Source: the human T2T-CHM13v2.0 reference genome, Homo sapiens
Reading direction: 5' to 3' (one strand)
DNA length: 64,000 bases
Assembly (NCBI RefSeq): GCF_009914755.1
Contig: NC_060927.1
Below are positions 15,776-29,539 of the stretch, piece by piece (the first letter of the stretch is position 1; the number at the start of each line of letters is the position of its first letter). The notes below the pieces were generated by a model. It was not told the origin of the DNA. It did no database searches and saw only the letters and a list, made by a program, of their open reading frames with translations. A program made the position numbers and the translations under genes.

Positions 15776-16546
15776 TGCAGATATGATGGAGATATAGTTC
15801 AACTCCACTAATTTTATGATGAAGTAGTTTAGGTTCAGACATTATATGACCTTCCCAAGGTCACAAAGCTAATTAGTTAGGCCTTTAGGTACTATGTTGA
15901 ATCACTGTAATTCTCTACACATCATAGTGCTGCATAGATTTTTAATTCCACATAGAGGCCCTACATCCCAAATAATTAACAAGCCATAATCTAGATAGTT
16001 AAATATTAGAGATATATTTCTGAATTTATGTTTAGTCAATACTTGAGTTCTTATGAAATTATTGTGTGGTAAAAATTTCTCTGTAACAGATAATTGCAAT
16101 ATCTCCACTTGTTTATTTCACTGAGATGTTTTTCAGGATCAATGAAATATTGTCTGTAAGGTACACAATATGAAACACTAAGCATTATTGAGTAAACTGC
16201 AAGACACCCAAGTCGCTGTTATATTTGTGGCTGAGATCATTTCTTGCTATTAGCCCACAGTGCAGAAGTCCAACAACCACAAAACACTCCCTTTCACCCA
16301 AAGTGGTTCTTTCCTTCTCTAGTTAAGTAGTTAGTAGCACAGACTGTTGTGGTTGGTGTATTTCTACACAGTGGGTAGCAGAGAGTAAAGAAGTGATCAT
16401 AGCCACAAATTCAGCAATAGAGCAAGCTTTACTGGCATGTTTAATTACTTCCTATGAGATACACAAAGTGCCATCTTGCTTTTCCCTAAGGTCCAACCAC
16501 AAGCACACTAATGCATAATGAAAATTACCAGGATACACCTAACACA

Positions 16547-16560
16547 GTGCCATCTGGTGG
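16547..16560 (-). promoter_or_regulatory. CTCF core motif
   Basis: Minus strand CCACCAGATGGCAC fits CCASYAGRKGGCRS at all 14 positions. Confidence 0.6.
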
Positions 16561-16587
16561 TTTCTATCTGATAATAAGATAAATATA

Positions 16588-18963
16588 CAGGCAAACCTCA
16601 TTTTATTGTGCTTCACAGATAATGTGTTTCTTACAAATGGAAGGTTTGTGGCAACCCTGCATCAAGCAACAGCATGTGCTCACTTTGTGTAAGTGTCACA
16701 TTTTGGTAATTCTTGCAATATTTGAAACTTTTAAATTATTATCTTGTGTATTAGGGTGATCTGTGATTAACAACCTTTGATGTTACTATTGTAATTGTTT
16801 TGAAGTGCCACAGATTGTGCCCAAAGAAGACTGCAAACCTAATTGATAAATAGCCTGCGTGTCCTGACTCCTTCACCAGCCAGTCGTTCCCTCATCTCGC
16901 TACCTCTCCTCAGGCCTTCCCATTTCCTGAGACACACAATATTGAAATTAGTCTAGTTAATAACGCTACAATGGCCTCTCAGTGTTTAAGTGAAAGGAAG
17001 AATTGCAGGTATCTCCCTTGAAATCAAAAGCTAGAAATGATTAAGGTTAGTGAGGAAGGCATGTTGAAAGTTGAGATAGGCCAAGAGCCAGGCCTTTTGT
17101 ACCACAAACATTTAGCCAGGCTGTGAATGCAAAGGAAAAGTTCTTGAAGGAAATTAAAAGTGCTACTCCAGTGAACAAATGAATAATAAGAAAGCAAAAC
17201 ATCTTTATCATTTATATGGAGACATTTGAGTGGTCTGGATGGAAGATCACACCAGCCATAACATTCCCTTTAGCTAAAGCCTAATCCAGAGCAAAGCCTT
17301 AGCTCTCTTTATGTTCTATGAGGTTCTGTGAAGACTAAGAGAAGCGAGGAAGCTGCAGAAGAAAAGTCTGAAGCTGGCAGAGGTTGGTGCATGAGGTTGA
17401 AGGAAAGAAGCCTTCTCCATAATATAAAAGTACAAGATGATGCAGCAAATCCTGATGTAGAAGCTGCAGCAAGTTATTCCGGAAATCTAGCTTAGATAAT
17501 TGATAAAGATGTCTACACTACACAACAGATTTTTAATGTAGACAAAATAGCCTTACATTAGAAGAAGATCCCATCTTAGACCATCATAACTAGAAAAAAA
17601 AGTCAATGCCTAGCTTTAAAGCTTCAAAGGGCAGGCTGATTCTCTTGTCAGGGGGCTAATGCATCTGGTGGCTTTAAGTTGAAGCCAATGCTTATTTACC
17701 ATTCTGAAAATCCTAGGGTCCTCAAGAATTATGCTAAATCTACTTGGCTTGTGCTGTACAAATGGAAAAACAAAGCTTGGATGACAGCACTTCTGTTTAT
17801 AGTATGGTTAACTGAGTATTTGAAACCCATGGTTGAGACCTACTGCTTAGAAAAAAAGATTGCTTTCAAAATATTGCTGTTCATTGACAATACACCTTGT
17901 CACCCAAGAGCTCTGATAAAGATGTACAAGATTAATGTTATTTTCATGTCTGTATAATTCAATATCCATTCTGCAGTCATGGATTAAAGAGGAATTTTGA
18001 CTGTTAAGTATTATTATTTAAGAAATAAATGTTTAAGGCTATAGCTGCCATAGACAGTGATTCCTCTGATGGATCTGGGAAAAGTACATTGAAAGGCTTC
18101 TGAAAAAGATTCACCATTCTAGATTCCAATAAGAACATTTGTGATTCATGGAAGGAGGTCAAAATATCAACGTTAAAAGGAGTTTGGAAGAAGTTGATTC
18201 CAACCTTCATGGATGACTTTGAGGGATTCAAGACTTCAGATGAGGAAGTAACTGAAGCTGTGGTGGAAAGTGTGAGAATTAAAGTAGAGCCTGAAGGTGA
18301 GACTGAATTGCTATAATCTCATAATAAAACTTGAATGGATGAGAAATTATTTCTTATGAGTAAGCAAAGAAAATGGTTTCTTGAGATGGCATGTACTCCT
18401 GGTGAAGATGCCTCGAACATTGGTGAAATAACAACAAAAGATTTAGAATATTACTTAAACGTAACCGAGAAAGCAGTGGCAGCATTCGAGGGGATCAACT
18501 CCAGTCTTAAAAGAACTTCTACTGTAAGTAAAATGCTATCAAACTGCATCACACGCTACAGAGAAATTTTTCATGAAAGGGGGAGTCAATGAATGTGGCA
18601 AACTTCATTGTTCTCTTATTTTAAGAAATTGCCACAGCCATCCCAACCTTCGGCAACCACCCCACTGATCTGTCATTCAGCCATTAACATTGAGGCAAGA
18701 CTACTTGGCCAGCAAAAAGACTTATGACTTGCTGAAGACTCAGAAGATTGTTACTAATTTTGAGCAATAAAGTATTTTTAATTAAGGAACGTGCATTGCT
18801 TCTTAGACATAATGCTATTGCATACTTAATAGAGGACAGTATAATGTAAGCATAATTTTATATGCACTGAGAAACCAAGAAGTTTGTGTGACTTGCTTTA
18901 TTGTGATATTTGCTTTACTGCAGGGTTTGGAAACCAACCCACAATGTCTCCAAGGTATGCTTG
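16588..18963 (+). mobile_element. Tigger1, essentially full length
   Basis: TA|caggcaaacctc...aggtatgcttg|TA termini, 2376 bp, transposase remnants. Confidence 0.97.
16971..18334 (+). pseudogene. Tigger1 pogo/CENP-B-like transposase, disrupted
   Basis: ATGGCC start (MASQCLSERK); ORF 17679-17957 [19 protein letters not shown]...[12 protein letters not shown] is DDE-domain sequence; many stops and frameshifts. Confidence 0.93.
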
Positions 18964-19914
18964 TATACCCTTTCTCATCCCAATTTAACCTCTTTTCTTG
19001 TTGACTATGGGAAGCCAGCTTAATCAGTTGTTCTTAATTAAAAAGTTCTGTATGTTACAAAAAATTTCAAGGTAATTGGCTGTTTCAGAGTAAAAAAATT
19101 TGCCAAGCTTTTTTTTTTGTCTTGAAATAATCAGTATGCACTTTATCTGGGGAGCACTTTTAGAGTAGAAAGGGGGTCTTTACTAGATGAGTATCATATG
19201 CATGCATTAGTGTCTTCTCTTACATGATTTTCCCAGGAGATTAGTGTCAGGGACTGTCAATCCTGGTGTGTGTCCTTTTTCTAGAGGAGAATTTCCTTAA
19301 TATAAGACCAGCAGATTAACACTTTTCTCAAAAAACATTGATGCTTATTAATGTGAAACAACTGATAACAGTAATTCAGTGATTGGTATGTAATCACTGC
19401 TTTCCCTAAGACATCAAAGCCTAGATTTTTGAGATTGGCCAGCCAAAACACTGCTCACAGTGGATTGGATATATGATGATGTTGGCATGATCCTTAATGT
19501 TCCTATAATTCTAGTCACCTTTGCCCTTAATTCCAGGAGTGACAGCCAAGTTAGTGAGTTCTTACATCCTGACAATCCTGAAATCCATACACTGCTTGCC
19601 AAATATCATTCTGATTTTAGAAAAGGAAAGACAGGAATTATTACCTTCTCTTGTACTCACCTTTTCTTTATTTGTGTAAAACAACTGTTTTTCTTAGTCA
19701 TCTTTTTTTCCCCTCTTTCTCTATACAACATGATTGTCCTTGTTTTTGGCTTTTCTTCTCTACCTGATGGTCATTTCTTGTCTCATTTGGCGATTTCTTC
19801 CACCCCACTGGCAAATTTTCTCTCTTGCTCTAGCATAATCAGTTCTGGGCTTGTTTCAATTTGCAGTTGCATCCAATGGCCAATCGTATTTAATTAATTA
19901 ATTCATTTATTTAT

Positions 19915-20430
19915 TTTAATAATTTCAATTTTTATTTTTGATCCAGGGGGTACATGTACAGGTTTGTTACATGGGTATATTTCATGCTGCTGAGGTTTGG
20001 AATACAAATGATTCCATCATCCAGGTAGTGAGCATAGTACCTATTAGTTTATCAACTCTTACACCCCCCCATCCTCCCTGCTTTAGTAGTCCCCACTGTC
20101 TATTGTTGCTATCTTTATGTCCTTGAGTATACAGTTTGTAACTCCTACTTATAAGTGAGAATATATATGGTATTTGGTTTTCTGTTCCTGCATTAATTTG
20201 CTTAGCATAATGGCCTCCAGCTGCATTCACGTTGCTGCAGAGGACATGATTTTGTTCTTTTGTTATGGCTGCATAGTATTCTATAGGAGATATATATCTC
20301 ATATTTTCTTTATCCAATCCACTGCTGATGGGCACCTAGGTAGAATCCATGTCTTTGCTATTGTGAATAGTGCTATAATAAACATACAAGTACAGGTGTC
20401 TTTTTGGTAGAACAATGTATTTTCTTTCAA
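19915..20430 (-). mobile_element. L1 3' end (old L1PA/L1PB-like)
   Basis: gggtacatgtacaggtttgttacatgggtata...; ORF2 C-terminal remnant EYYAAI in ORF 19982-20335. Confidence 0.92.
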
Positions 20431-22176
20431 AATACCCAATTTTGAAATTTTATTTCAGCTCTGAATTATGTAACACCAAAAGAATTTTAACTACTTAAAA
20501 CCCAGTAACAAGAATAGGTAATATATTCTTAATCTATATTCTCCTATGATTTAAACTACTTCTCAAGGGCTGAACACCTTTGGAAGACTCATTAGTCATC
20601 TCTTGTCTATAAGGCTATAAGATGCTTCTTACAGTCAATTATTACCTTAAATGTTGTAAAAAGTTGGTATGTTTAAATTTATGGTAGTTTTATTGATCTA
20701 CACATGGGTCAAAATTTTTAAAAAGGTTAAAAAAGTCAAAAGACTCTCAACTTTTGCCTAAAATATAACCCTTTATAAAATCTCAAAATGGTGATGAGCT
20801 TATTTTATGATGAAAGAAAATGAATGAAAATGAGTTAAGCATTACATTACAAAATGTCAGGTAGAAAGCAAACTTCTCAAATTCCAGTTTGGGACTGGCC
20901 TAGGCCTATGGAGGTAAAGGATGTTATGGGGGTGTGAGGAGAGGATACTTCCTACTCCCTGGTTGGCGTCCCTGAGTTTTATAAGTTTTCACTTTAAATT
21001 TCCTTTAATTCTCATATCTTATCTTCTTCTGTTTTGGAGCTCAGGCTCCTGGCCCAGGGACTTGAAACCGAAGTATTCCTACTCTGATGGGAAATATGCC
21101 CCTGCCATTCCAAGTTGACATGCTGAATGCATTTTCTCACAGGAGTATTGTAACATGGCATTTATTGTTCACAAAATTCTCAGGACAGAACTTTGTTTCT
21201 GCCACTTTAGCTATCTGGTTGTGTCTCAGAAAAATGCAAATTGAGTTTTAATAAACTTGCAACCTGAACTCTTGGAACATGTCCATGTGGAAGTTAGAGG
21301 GTATCTTTATGCTTAGAAATCTTTATTGGTTTCTCTCCAAGCTCTCCTGAAAATCATGAACATTCTAACAACCCCAGCAAAAGTCAGCAGGAATCCTAAA
21401 GGCATATGCTATTGAACTTCTGAACTCTGAAACAGCATCTATTTTCTTAGTTTTGTTTGTTGATGCTTCTTTGATCTCATCTCATTAGAAAGATAATACC
21501 CTAACATTTTAGCATATTTAAAATAAACTGCTTTAACAGTCCTCCAGGGAGCTCCGCTTAACTTTAGCCTTTTCCCAATCTCTAAAGCTCTTTACTGCAG
21601 TGTGTACTCACCTTCATGGAAATTGTTAAGTAATTCTCCCTAACAGGGAGTTTACTTTCCTGAATACACTCTAGGCAGAAATATTTATATTTCATTTGAG
21701 CATTTGAATGTGAACCCTATTTCTAATTTAGTGACTATCTTTGAAAGCTTACTAATAAAACTAGAAGACCCAAAGAAGTGGAAACTGTGCCTATAGTCAC
21801 AGTGGTGGTGGTTGTGGTGGTGAGAGCTGCCTAGTAAGGTTATTTGGCCAGAGCTTTACATTCAGAAAAGGTCTCAAATTTAGACTTCCTATAATCTTAA
21901 AATACGAAAATAACATGCAGATACATACATAGTGTATTGAAAGATGATCATTGTACATTTCAAACTTGCTGTTCCCAAACCACATCAACATAACACACTA
22001 TGAATTGATACAGATATCAGTTTATTGATATGTCTTTTAATTAGTTTATTAATTTATTGATATGTATTTTAAAATATCTATTCTATATGTATCTGGCAAA
22101 TAGCAAAATAGTAGCATTATAATTTTTGCTTAAAATATGTAATTTTTAAAGGTAAATATTGAAAATCTAACCACAG

Positions 22177-22529
22177 TTGTAGATAGTTTCAGTAGCATTT
22201 CTGGAATTCATTTCCTGCCTTCCCACTTCCAAATATTACCCAGATTTTCTTTCGGCTCTATTCATCTCTCATCTGTTCACTCTGCCTTCAATACACAATG
22301 GTTCTGGTTTTCTTGACAGTCAGCATGTTTCATTCTTGTAGCCACAACCACTGGTTCAGGGATAGATGTGACTTCTGTGGTCTAACTTGGTTGAGTTCCA
22401 GGACTCTTTCTTGGAGAGCTGTTATATTTCTTCTCTCAATAGATTTGAACAAAGAAATGTGGACTTTATACTATAAGAAGAATGAACCTTATGACGATAG
22501 AGAGGAAGAATTGGGTCCCTCCATTATAC
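22177..22529 (+). mobile_element. Ancient MLT1(K/L-like) LTR, 5' part (target of the ERV insertion)
   Basis: gccacaaccactggttcagggatagatgtgac MLT1-like motif; appears to resume at 31733. Confidence 0.5.
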
Positions 22530-23136
22530 TGTGAAAGTTGATCATACTAATTAGGTCATTCTTGTCATACCCAGCTAAATCAGAGTCAAGGAGCCAGGGG
22601 AAAAAAGCACTTGAGATACATAACATTGCTCTAGAAATATAATTCTCTTCAGGTCCACCTGCTGAACTTGCAGAGTTCAGCAAATATTACTCAGATTTTA
22701 TTTTTGCTCTATTCATCTCTCATGTATTCACTCTACCTTCAATACAGAATGGTTCTGGTTTTCTTGATAGTCAATACATTTCATTTTTGTAGCCACAATA
22801 AACCTGAGACCAAATACACAATTGTAACCTGAGACTAGTTTTATCTATAGCTCCTGCTGAGATAACTTGCTGCAACTCTAGGACTAATGCTGCCCACTGA
22901 TATCACCCACTATTGAAGCTTGCCAGCTCCCCAAAGCTTTACTAATGCCAATGAATTTTTTCTCAAGACCACACATAACATTCTTCTTTTTTATAAAACC
23001 CCCAACTTTCTCTTTGTTCTTAGGATATACTAAAGACCATCTAATCTACATACATGCCCTGAATTACAATTCTTGCTTCCCAAATAAAACGTTAAGTTTA
23101 GAGATTCAACTCTACATTTTAATTTTGACTTTGAAA
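22530..23136 (+). mobile_element. ERV 5' LTR (MER87-like) containing a templated insertion
   Basis: Starts tgtgaaagttg; TATA-like ttataaaa and aataaa; about 80% identical by eye to 31302-31732. Confidence 0.9.
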
Positions 23137-23140
23137 TACA

Positions 23141-23158
23141 TGGTGTCAGAAGTGGGCT
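23141..23158 (+). other. Primer binding site, tRNA-Leu(CAA)-type
   Basis: tggtgtcagaagtgggct is 17/18 complementary to the recalled tRNA-Leu 3' end ATCCCACTTCTGACACCA; directly after the 5' LTR. Confidence 0.85.
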
Positions 23159-23499
23159 CTAAAGCTGATTGACCTTGAGGAGAATCACTGGCCCTTGGGA
23201 TTATGGTGTGAGTTACCTATAATGGAGATCTTTGAGTGCCCCTTTTCCCCCTGATGAGTCTTTCTTGGACAGAGCTCCTGAATTTGGTTTGAGTTCCATT
23301 TTATTTGGGATTTGGTTGAGAGAGGTCTTTCTCCTCCCTGTTTGAAGAGACGTCTTTCTCTCTCTTGTCTGGGATATCTTTTGTTGAGGAGGGTTATTTC
23401 CTCGTGTTGACCTCAGCTGTGAGGTTTCGACCTCCAGGTTCAGATGAGGGGATTTTGACTTCTCTAATTTAGTTTGTCTCAGGAATAAACTAGAAAGCA

Positions 23500-24960
<1,461 letters not shown>

Positions 24961-24999
24961 CAAAAGAACTTCCATTATCTCCCCCACAATGTAGGGGAT

Positions 25000-25350
25000 G
25001 TGAGGACTCAGTGTTTTCTTCAATCCTCCCTCTTAATCACTGTGAGGAGATTACTCTTCAGATTGGCAATAAGATTCTAACTGTTCTCAGAGACACAGGA
25101 ACAACCCTATCAGTTCAACCCCATCTGCCCCTACCTCAGAGTAATAAAACATCCAAAGGGTGGCAGTCTCTAATAAGCCATTGATAGCATTTCTGTCCCA
25201 ATCTATTACTTTCTGCTTGGGATTTTTACAGGATACTCATCTTTTCTTGCTGGTGGAGTCTGCTCCAGCTCATTTACTGGGATAAGATTTTTTAAAGAGA
25301 AAAACCATGCCGGCATCTCCTTCTCCCAAAAGAGGGAAATAATTCTAGAA
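25000..25350 (+). pseudogene. ERV aspartic protease remnant
   Basis: VLRDTGTTLSV (DTG at 25092-25100) and HLLG*DFL. Confidence 0.85.
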
Positions 25351-25377
25351 TTTGATGACCCCAATAGTTCACTGAAC

Positions 25378-25898
25378 TGTCAAAAAAAGGAAAACCTAAA
25401 AAAAAATATGTTTTTAAAGTGACTCAAGATTGCTTCAGTTTGGACATATGAGTAATAAAAACTAGGCCTATAAACTAAAGTTAATCTCTCACTCACAAGG
25501 ATGAGGTCTGTCAAATATTTAACTGACATGTACTAATTACAACCTTTCCTATCAGATAAAGCACAAAGACAGGATAAAATCAGGTATCTCTCTCCAGACC
25601 TTAAGACAACTATATACTAGTTAACATTTTACTCTGTATATGTTAACCACCTATTTGCTTTGTCTTATATATAAGGTCACTGAGCACTAATCAGAATTGT
25701 AAGAATGTCACCTTTGCTTCACTGTCTCCCTTCTTTCATTTTTTAGATAACAAAATGTATAAATTTTGAGCTCATGTAGCCCACTCTAGGACATATTCTT
25801 GGTTTGTGCTAATTCTGCATTTCTGGATTGCAATCCTCAAATTTGGCTCAAAATAAAATTAAGTTTATATTGACTCTTATTTTAGCCTCTAGTTGACA
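25378..25898 (+). mobile_element. Solo LTR of a different ERV1 family (MER89/MER92-like) between pro and RT
   Basis: tgtc...tgaca termini, tataaa and aataaa, TSD gaac/ggac, unrelated to the proviral LTRs. Confidence 0.75.
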
Positions 25899-25899
25899 G

Positions 25900-27962
25900 G
25901 ACTCTACCAATGATGTCTCAGTTATTTGTTATGCTGTCTCATGTGCCAAAGACATCTCTGTTGCCTTCCAAAATTCCTTATTGGAACAGACACCTGTGTC
26001 TTTATGGGCCATATCATCAGCAGAGTACACTCCTAATAAAAATCCAAATTGACCCCCTTGCCTAATATCGAAGAGTATCTCTTCAGTCAATTTGCCTGAC
26101 AACGCATAAAACCCACAACTGAAAAATAGAAGCCTCGAGGTTTAATAATTCTTTGTACTAGTCTCTGTAATACTCCCATTCTCCCAATAAGAAAACCTAA
26201 CAGCCAAGGATGAAGATGTGTTCAAGATAAATAATATCATCATACCCCATCATCCCATAGTTCCAAATTTTCACACTTTGCTGACATGAATACCAACTGA
26301 TAGTAAATTTTTCACTGTAATTAAACTCTGCAGTTCCTCCTTTAGCTTCTTGTTGATTAAGGCCATCAATACGTATCTGCCTTCACCTGGGTAAAACTGT
26401 AATATACCTGGGTGGTTATGCCTTAGGGATATACTGAAAATCCTTTTTACGTCTCCCAAATTCTGAATGCTGATTTAGGAGATGTGGCTTTTTCTTAAAA
26501 CTTGTCTTTATTACATTAGTTTGTTCTTCCTCATAGGCAAGACTGCAAGGAAGACAGTGTACATTTATTAAAACTCCTAGCCACCAAAGGTCATATGGTT
26601 TCTAAAGAAAAACTACAACTAGTTAAGTCCCAAGTTAAATATCTGGGTCATCTGATTTCAGAAGCAGAGCTGCATTTGGATCCTGAACAACTACAAGGTG
26701 TTCTACAATTCTGTAAGCTCAAAATAAAATGACAACTTTGAGGGCTTTTTGGATTCACTGGATGGGATACTGCCATTAACTGGATACCAAACTTCTCTTT
26801 GACTGTCTGATCCCTGCATGTCCTACTTAAAAACCTCTAAACCTGATACCATTATATGGAAAAAAATATGTAGTTACTGGTTTTTTAAACTTAAATGAAG
26901 GACTTTTAAATACTCTTGCCCTAGACACCCTAATTATCAGCTTCTTTTCCTCTTTTTGTTTATGAATAGAAAGGAAATGCCTTGGACATCCTAACCCAGA
27001 AACATAGATTTCAGCACCACCCCATTGGAGATTACAGCCAGCTACTAGAGCCAATAGTAGCTTGAGAATTACCCTCTTGTTTGTAAGCAATTCCAGCTAC
27101 CACCCTATTAATTAACTTCCACTGAAGAAATTATCATGGAATCTCCCTTAAGCATTTTTGTTCCCCACACTGAGGAATCTCTTCTAAATTCACATCACAC
27201 CTAGCATTTCTCTACCAGTCACCTTCCCTCTTATGAACTCCTTTTACAAGCTTCTCCTCACACCACTCTTTTTCAATGTAATAATCTCAACCCGGCTACC
27301 CTTTTGCCCCCTTCTTTTGGTGAGAACCCCCAACCCCTACCACACGACTATTGGAAACTCTCTGACTCCTCAGAAAGATTTAGAAGAAACTCCACTAGAT
27401 AATTCTGAACTATTATGGTTTACAGATGAACGATATTTAAAAAAGAACAGTGGTAAATACTGCTCAGGTTATGTAGTTACTACTTCCTTTGAAGTCATTG
27501 ACGATGCCCCCTTACCTATGGCTACTTCTGCCCAACAGACCAAACTTTTTGCTCTTGCTCAGCTTTGCCTCCTTGCTAAAAGAAAATGTGCATATGCATG
27601 TGTGTGTATGTGTATATAAATGTGTGTATATATATATACACACACACACACACATATATATTTTACACATACACATTTAATTGAGTCATCTACTTCCTTT
27701 CACTTCTGATTGGAAGCACAGTGAGATATTGTTTCTGAATGTCTTGGTACTTAGCTAACCCACAGAGAAAGCAGAATAGTGCCTGATGCTTTTTTTCTGG
27801 GAATGTTAAATAAAATAATGAAGGTTCATCATTATATCTCCCAGATCCACATTGTTCTTGTTGACTCTCCTGAGAGTGTTATCGAGAGAAGGGATTTTTG
27901 GTTTATTGTACAAGGCTGTTAATATGCTGCCCCATATATACGTATATATGTGTATATATACG

Positions 27963-28014
<52 letters not shown>

Positions 28015-29440
28015 CAGACAGCAGATAGGCCTTTGGTGTTGCTCAGGATTGTGGAATGCTCTGGAAACAAAGGGGTTTCCTCACTTCCACAAGAGATCAA
28101 ATTAAAAATGGAGGATTCTATGTACAGGACTTCCTGAATACCATCTAGCTACCAGCTGCCTGGGTTGTTACCAGAACTCCAGACATTCCAGGGTAGACTC
28201 TATGGAAGCTAGAAGAAACAACCTTGCTAATAATGCTGCAAAGAATGATGCTATTAAAGGTTCGCTTAATCAAATCTCTACTGTGGCCCCACTAAAAGAG
28301 CCCTCAAAAGATGACTGAAAAATAATTACCAAAGACTCACAAAATGGGCACCAGAAGCTGAAAAGGAAAGATCATAGTTGCTGGTTTGATAACAAAAAAG
28401 AACTATGGTTTGAACTTGATAGCAAATTAGTTTTCCCAAATTTAGTAAAATATTCATTGTTAACCAAAGAACATAATTTGACTCACTGGGCAATTAACAA
28501 ATTAATTTCTTTTAAAAAACAATATTGGTGGGGTGACATTTAAAAAGCTGCAAAACATGCCTATTTGGCTTGTACCACCTGCCCTAAGTTTAATCTAGAA
28601 AAACCCATATGTACCAATCCTGGACATTTTAGTTGACCTAATGGGCCTTTCAAGGTTTGGCAAATGGATTTCACCCAACTACCTCTTCCCATGGGTATAT
28701 ATTTATATGCGCTAGTAATGGCTTGCATGTTCTCCCATTGGGAAGAGGCTTTTTCCTGTAGATAACCCAGTGCTTCAGGTATGGCCAAAATTCCTCCAGA
28801 ACAAATTATCCCACCCAGGGAACTCCTCTTGAAATAAAAAGTGATTGAGAATCCCATTTTCCTGGCCATGTAATAAAACAAGTATGTTCAGTTTGGACAA
28901 CTTCATAGTATTTCCATTGTGCCTACTATCCTCAGTGTTCTGGCCTAGTAGGACGAACAAATGGAACTCTACAAACCCAGTTGGAAAGATTTATGGAAAC
29001 TCTACACCTCACTTGGCCTAAAGTTCTTTCTTTGGTATTATTAAATCTAAAGGCCACTTTTTTGGGGGGCTCATAAACTTTCACCTTTTTCAACTGTCAC
29101 AGGCCATCTTATGCACTTGGCTCCTTCTGCTTTTGACACTCAATGAAAGGAGATATACTTCAATATTGTAAAGGCATTACTAAAGTAATGAATGGCAATC
29201 ATACTTTGGTAGAACATCTTTCCACAGCACAGTCTCAGGAAACAAAGACCTAAAACATCATGATCTGCAGCCTGGCAACTTGGTTTACTGGAAAAGACAC
29301 CTACATAAGAATTCTCTCCAGCCTCACCGAAAGGCCCATAACCAGTCCTTCTCACCAATCCCTGTGCTGCCAAACTAAAGGGCATTGACTCCTGGATCCA
29401 CATCTCTCATTTTAAAAGATTTCTACTTCTCACTGAACCA
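25900..29440 (+). pseudogene. ERV pol remnant (RT, RNase H, integrase)
   Basis: CNTPILPIRKP, HPIVPN.HTLL, YTWVVMP*GY; RNase H WFTD...SAQQ..LFAL and YTDSR*AFG; IN CTTC, GPFKVWQMDFTQL, HCAYYPQCSG.V.R.N, GIDSWIHISH; YxDD motif appears deleted near 26515. Confidence 0.93.
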
Positions 29441-29539
29441 GCACCCAAACAGGGAATTTAAAACTAAATTCCCTTCATCGATGAGATAAAGCAGATAATA
29501 TCTGTAGTGGACTGTGGACTAGGTCAGTATACCATTTAA

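Noticed and set aside
19460-19897. 145-aa hydrophobic ORF
   Set aside because: Hydrophobicity follows from T-rich composition; non-ATG start, no homology recognised.
27233-27619. 128-aa ORF with RNase H motifs as a possible domesticated gene
   Set aside because: A fragment of decayed pol with a frameshifted N-terminus and altered conserved motifs that runs into a microsatellite.
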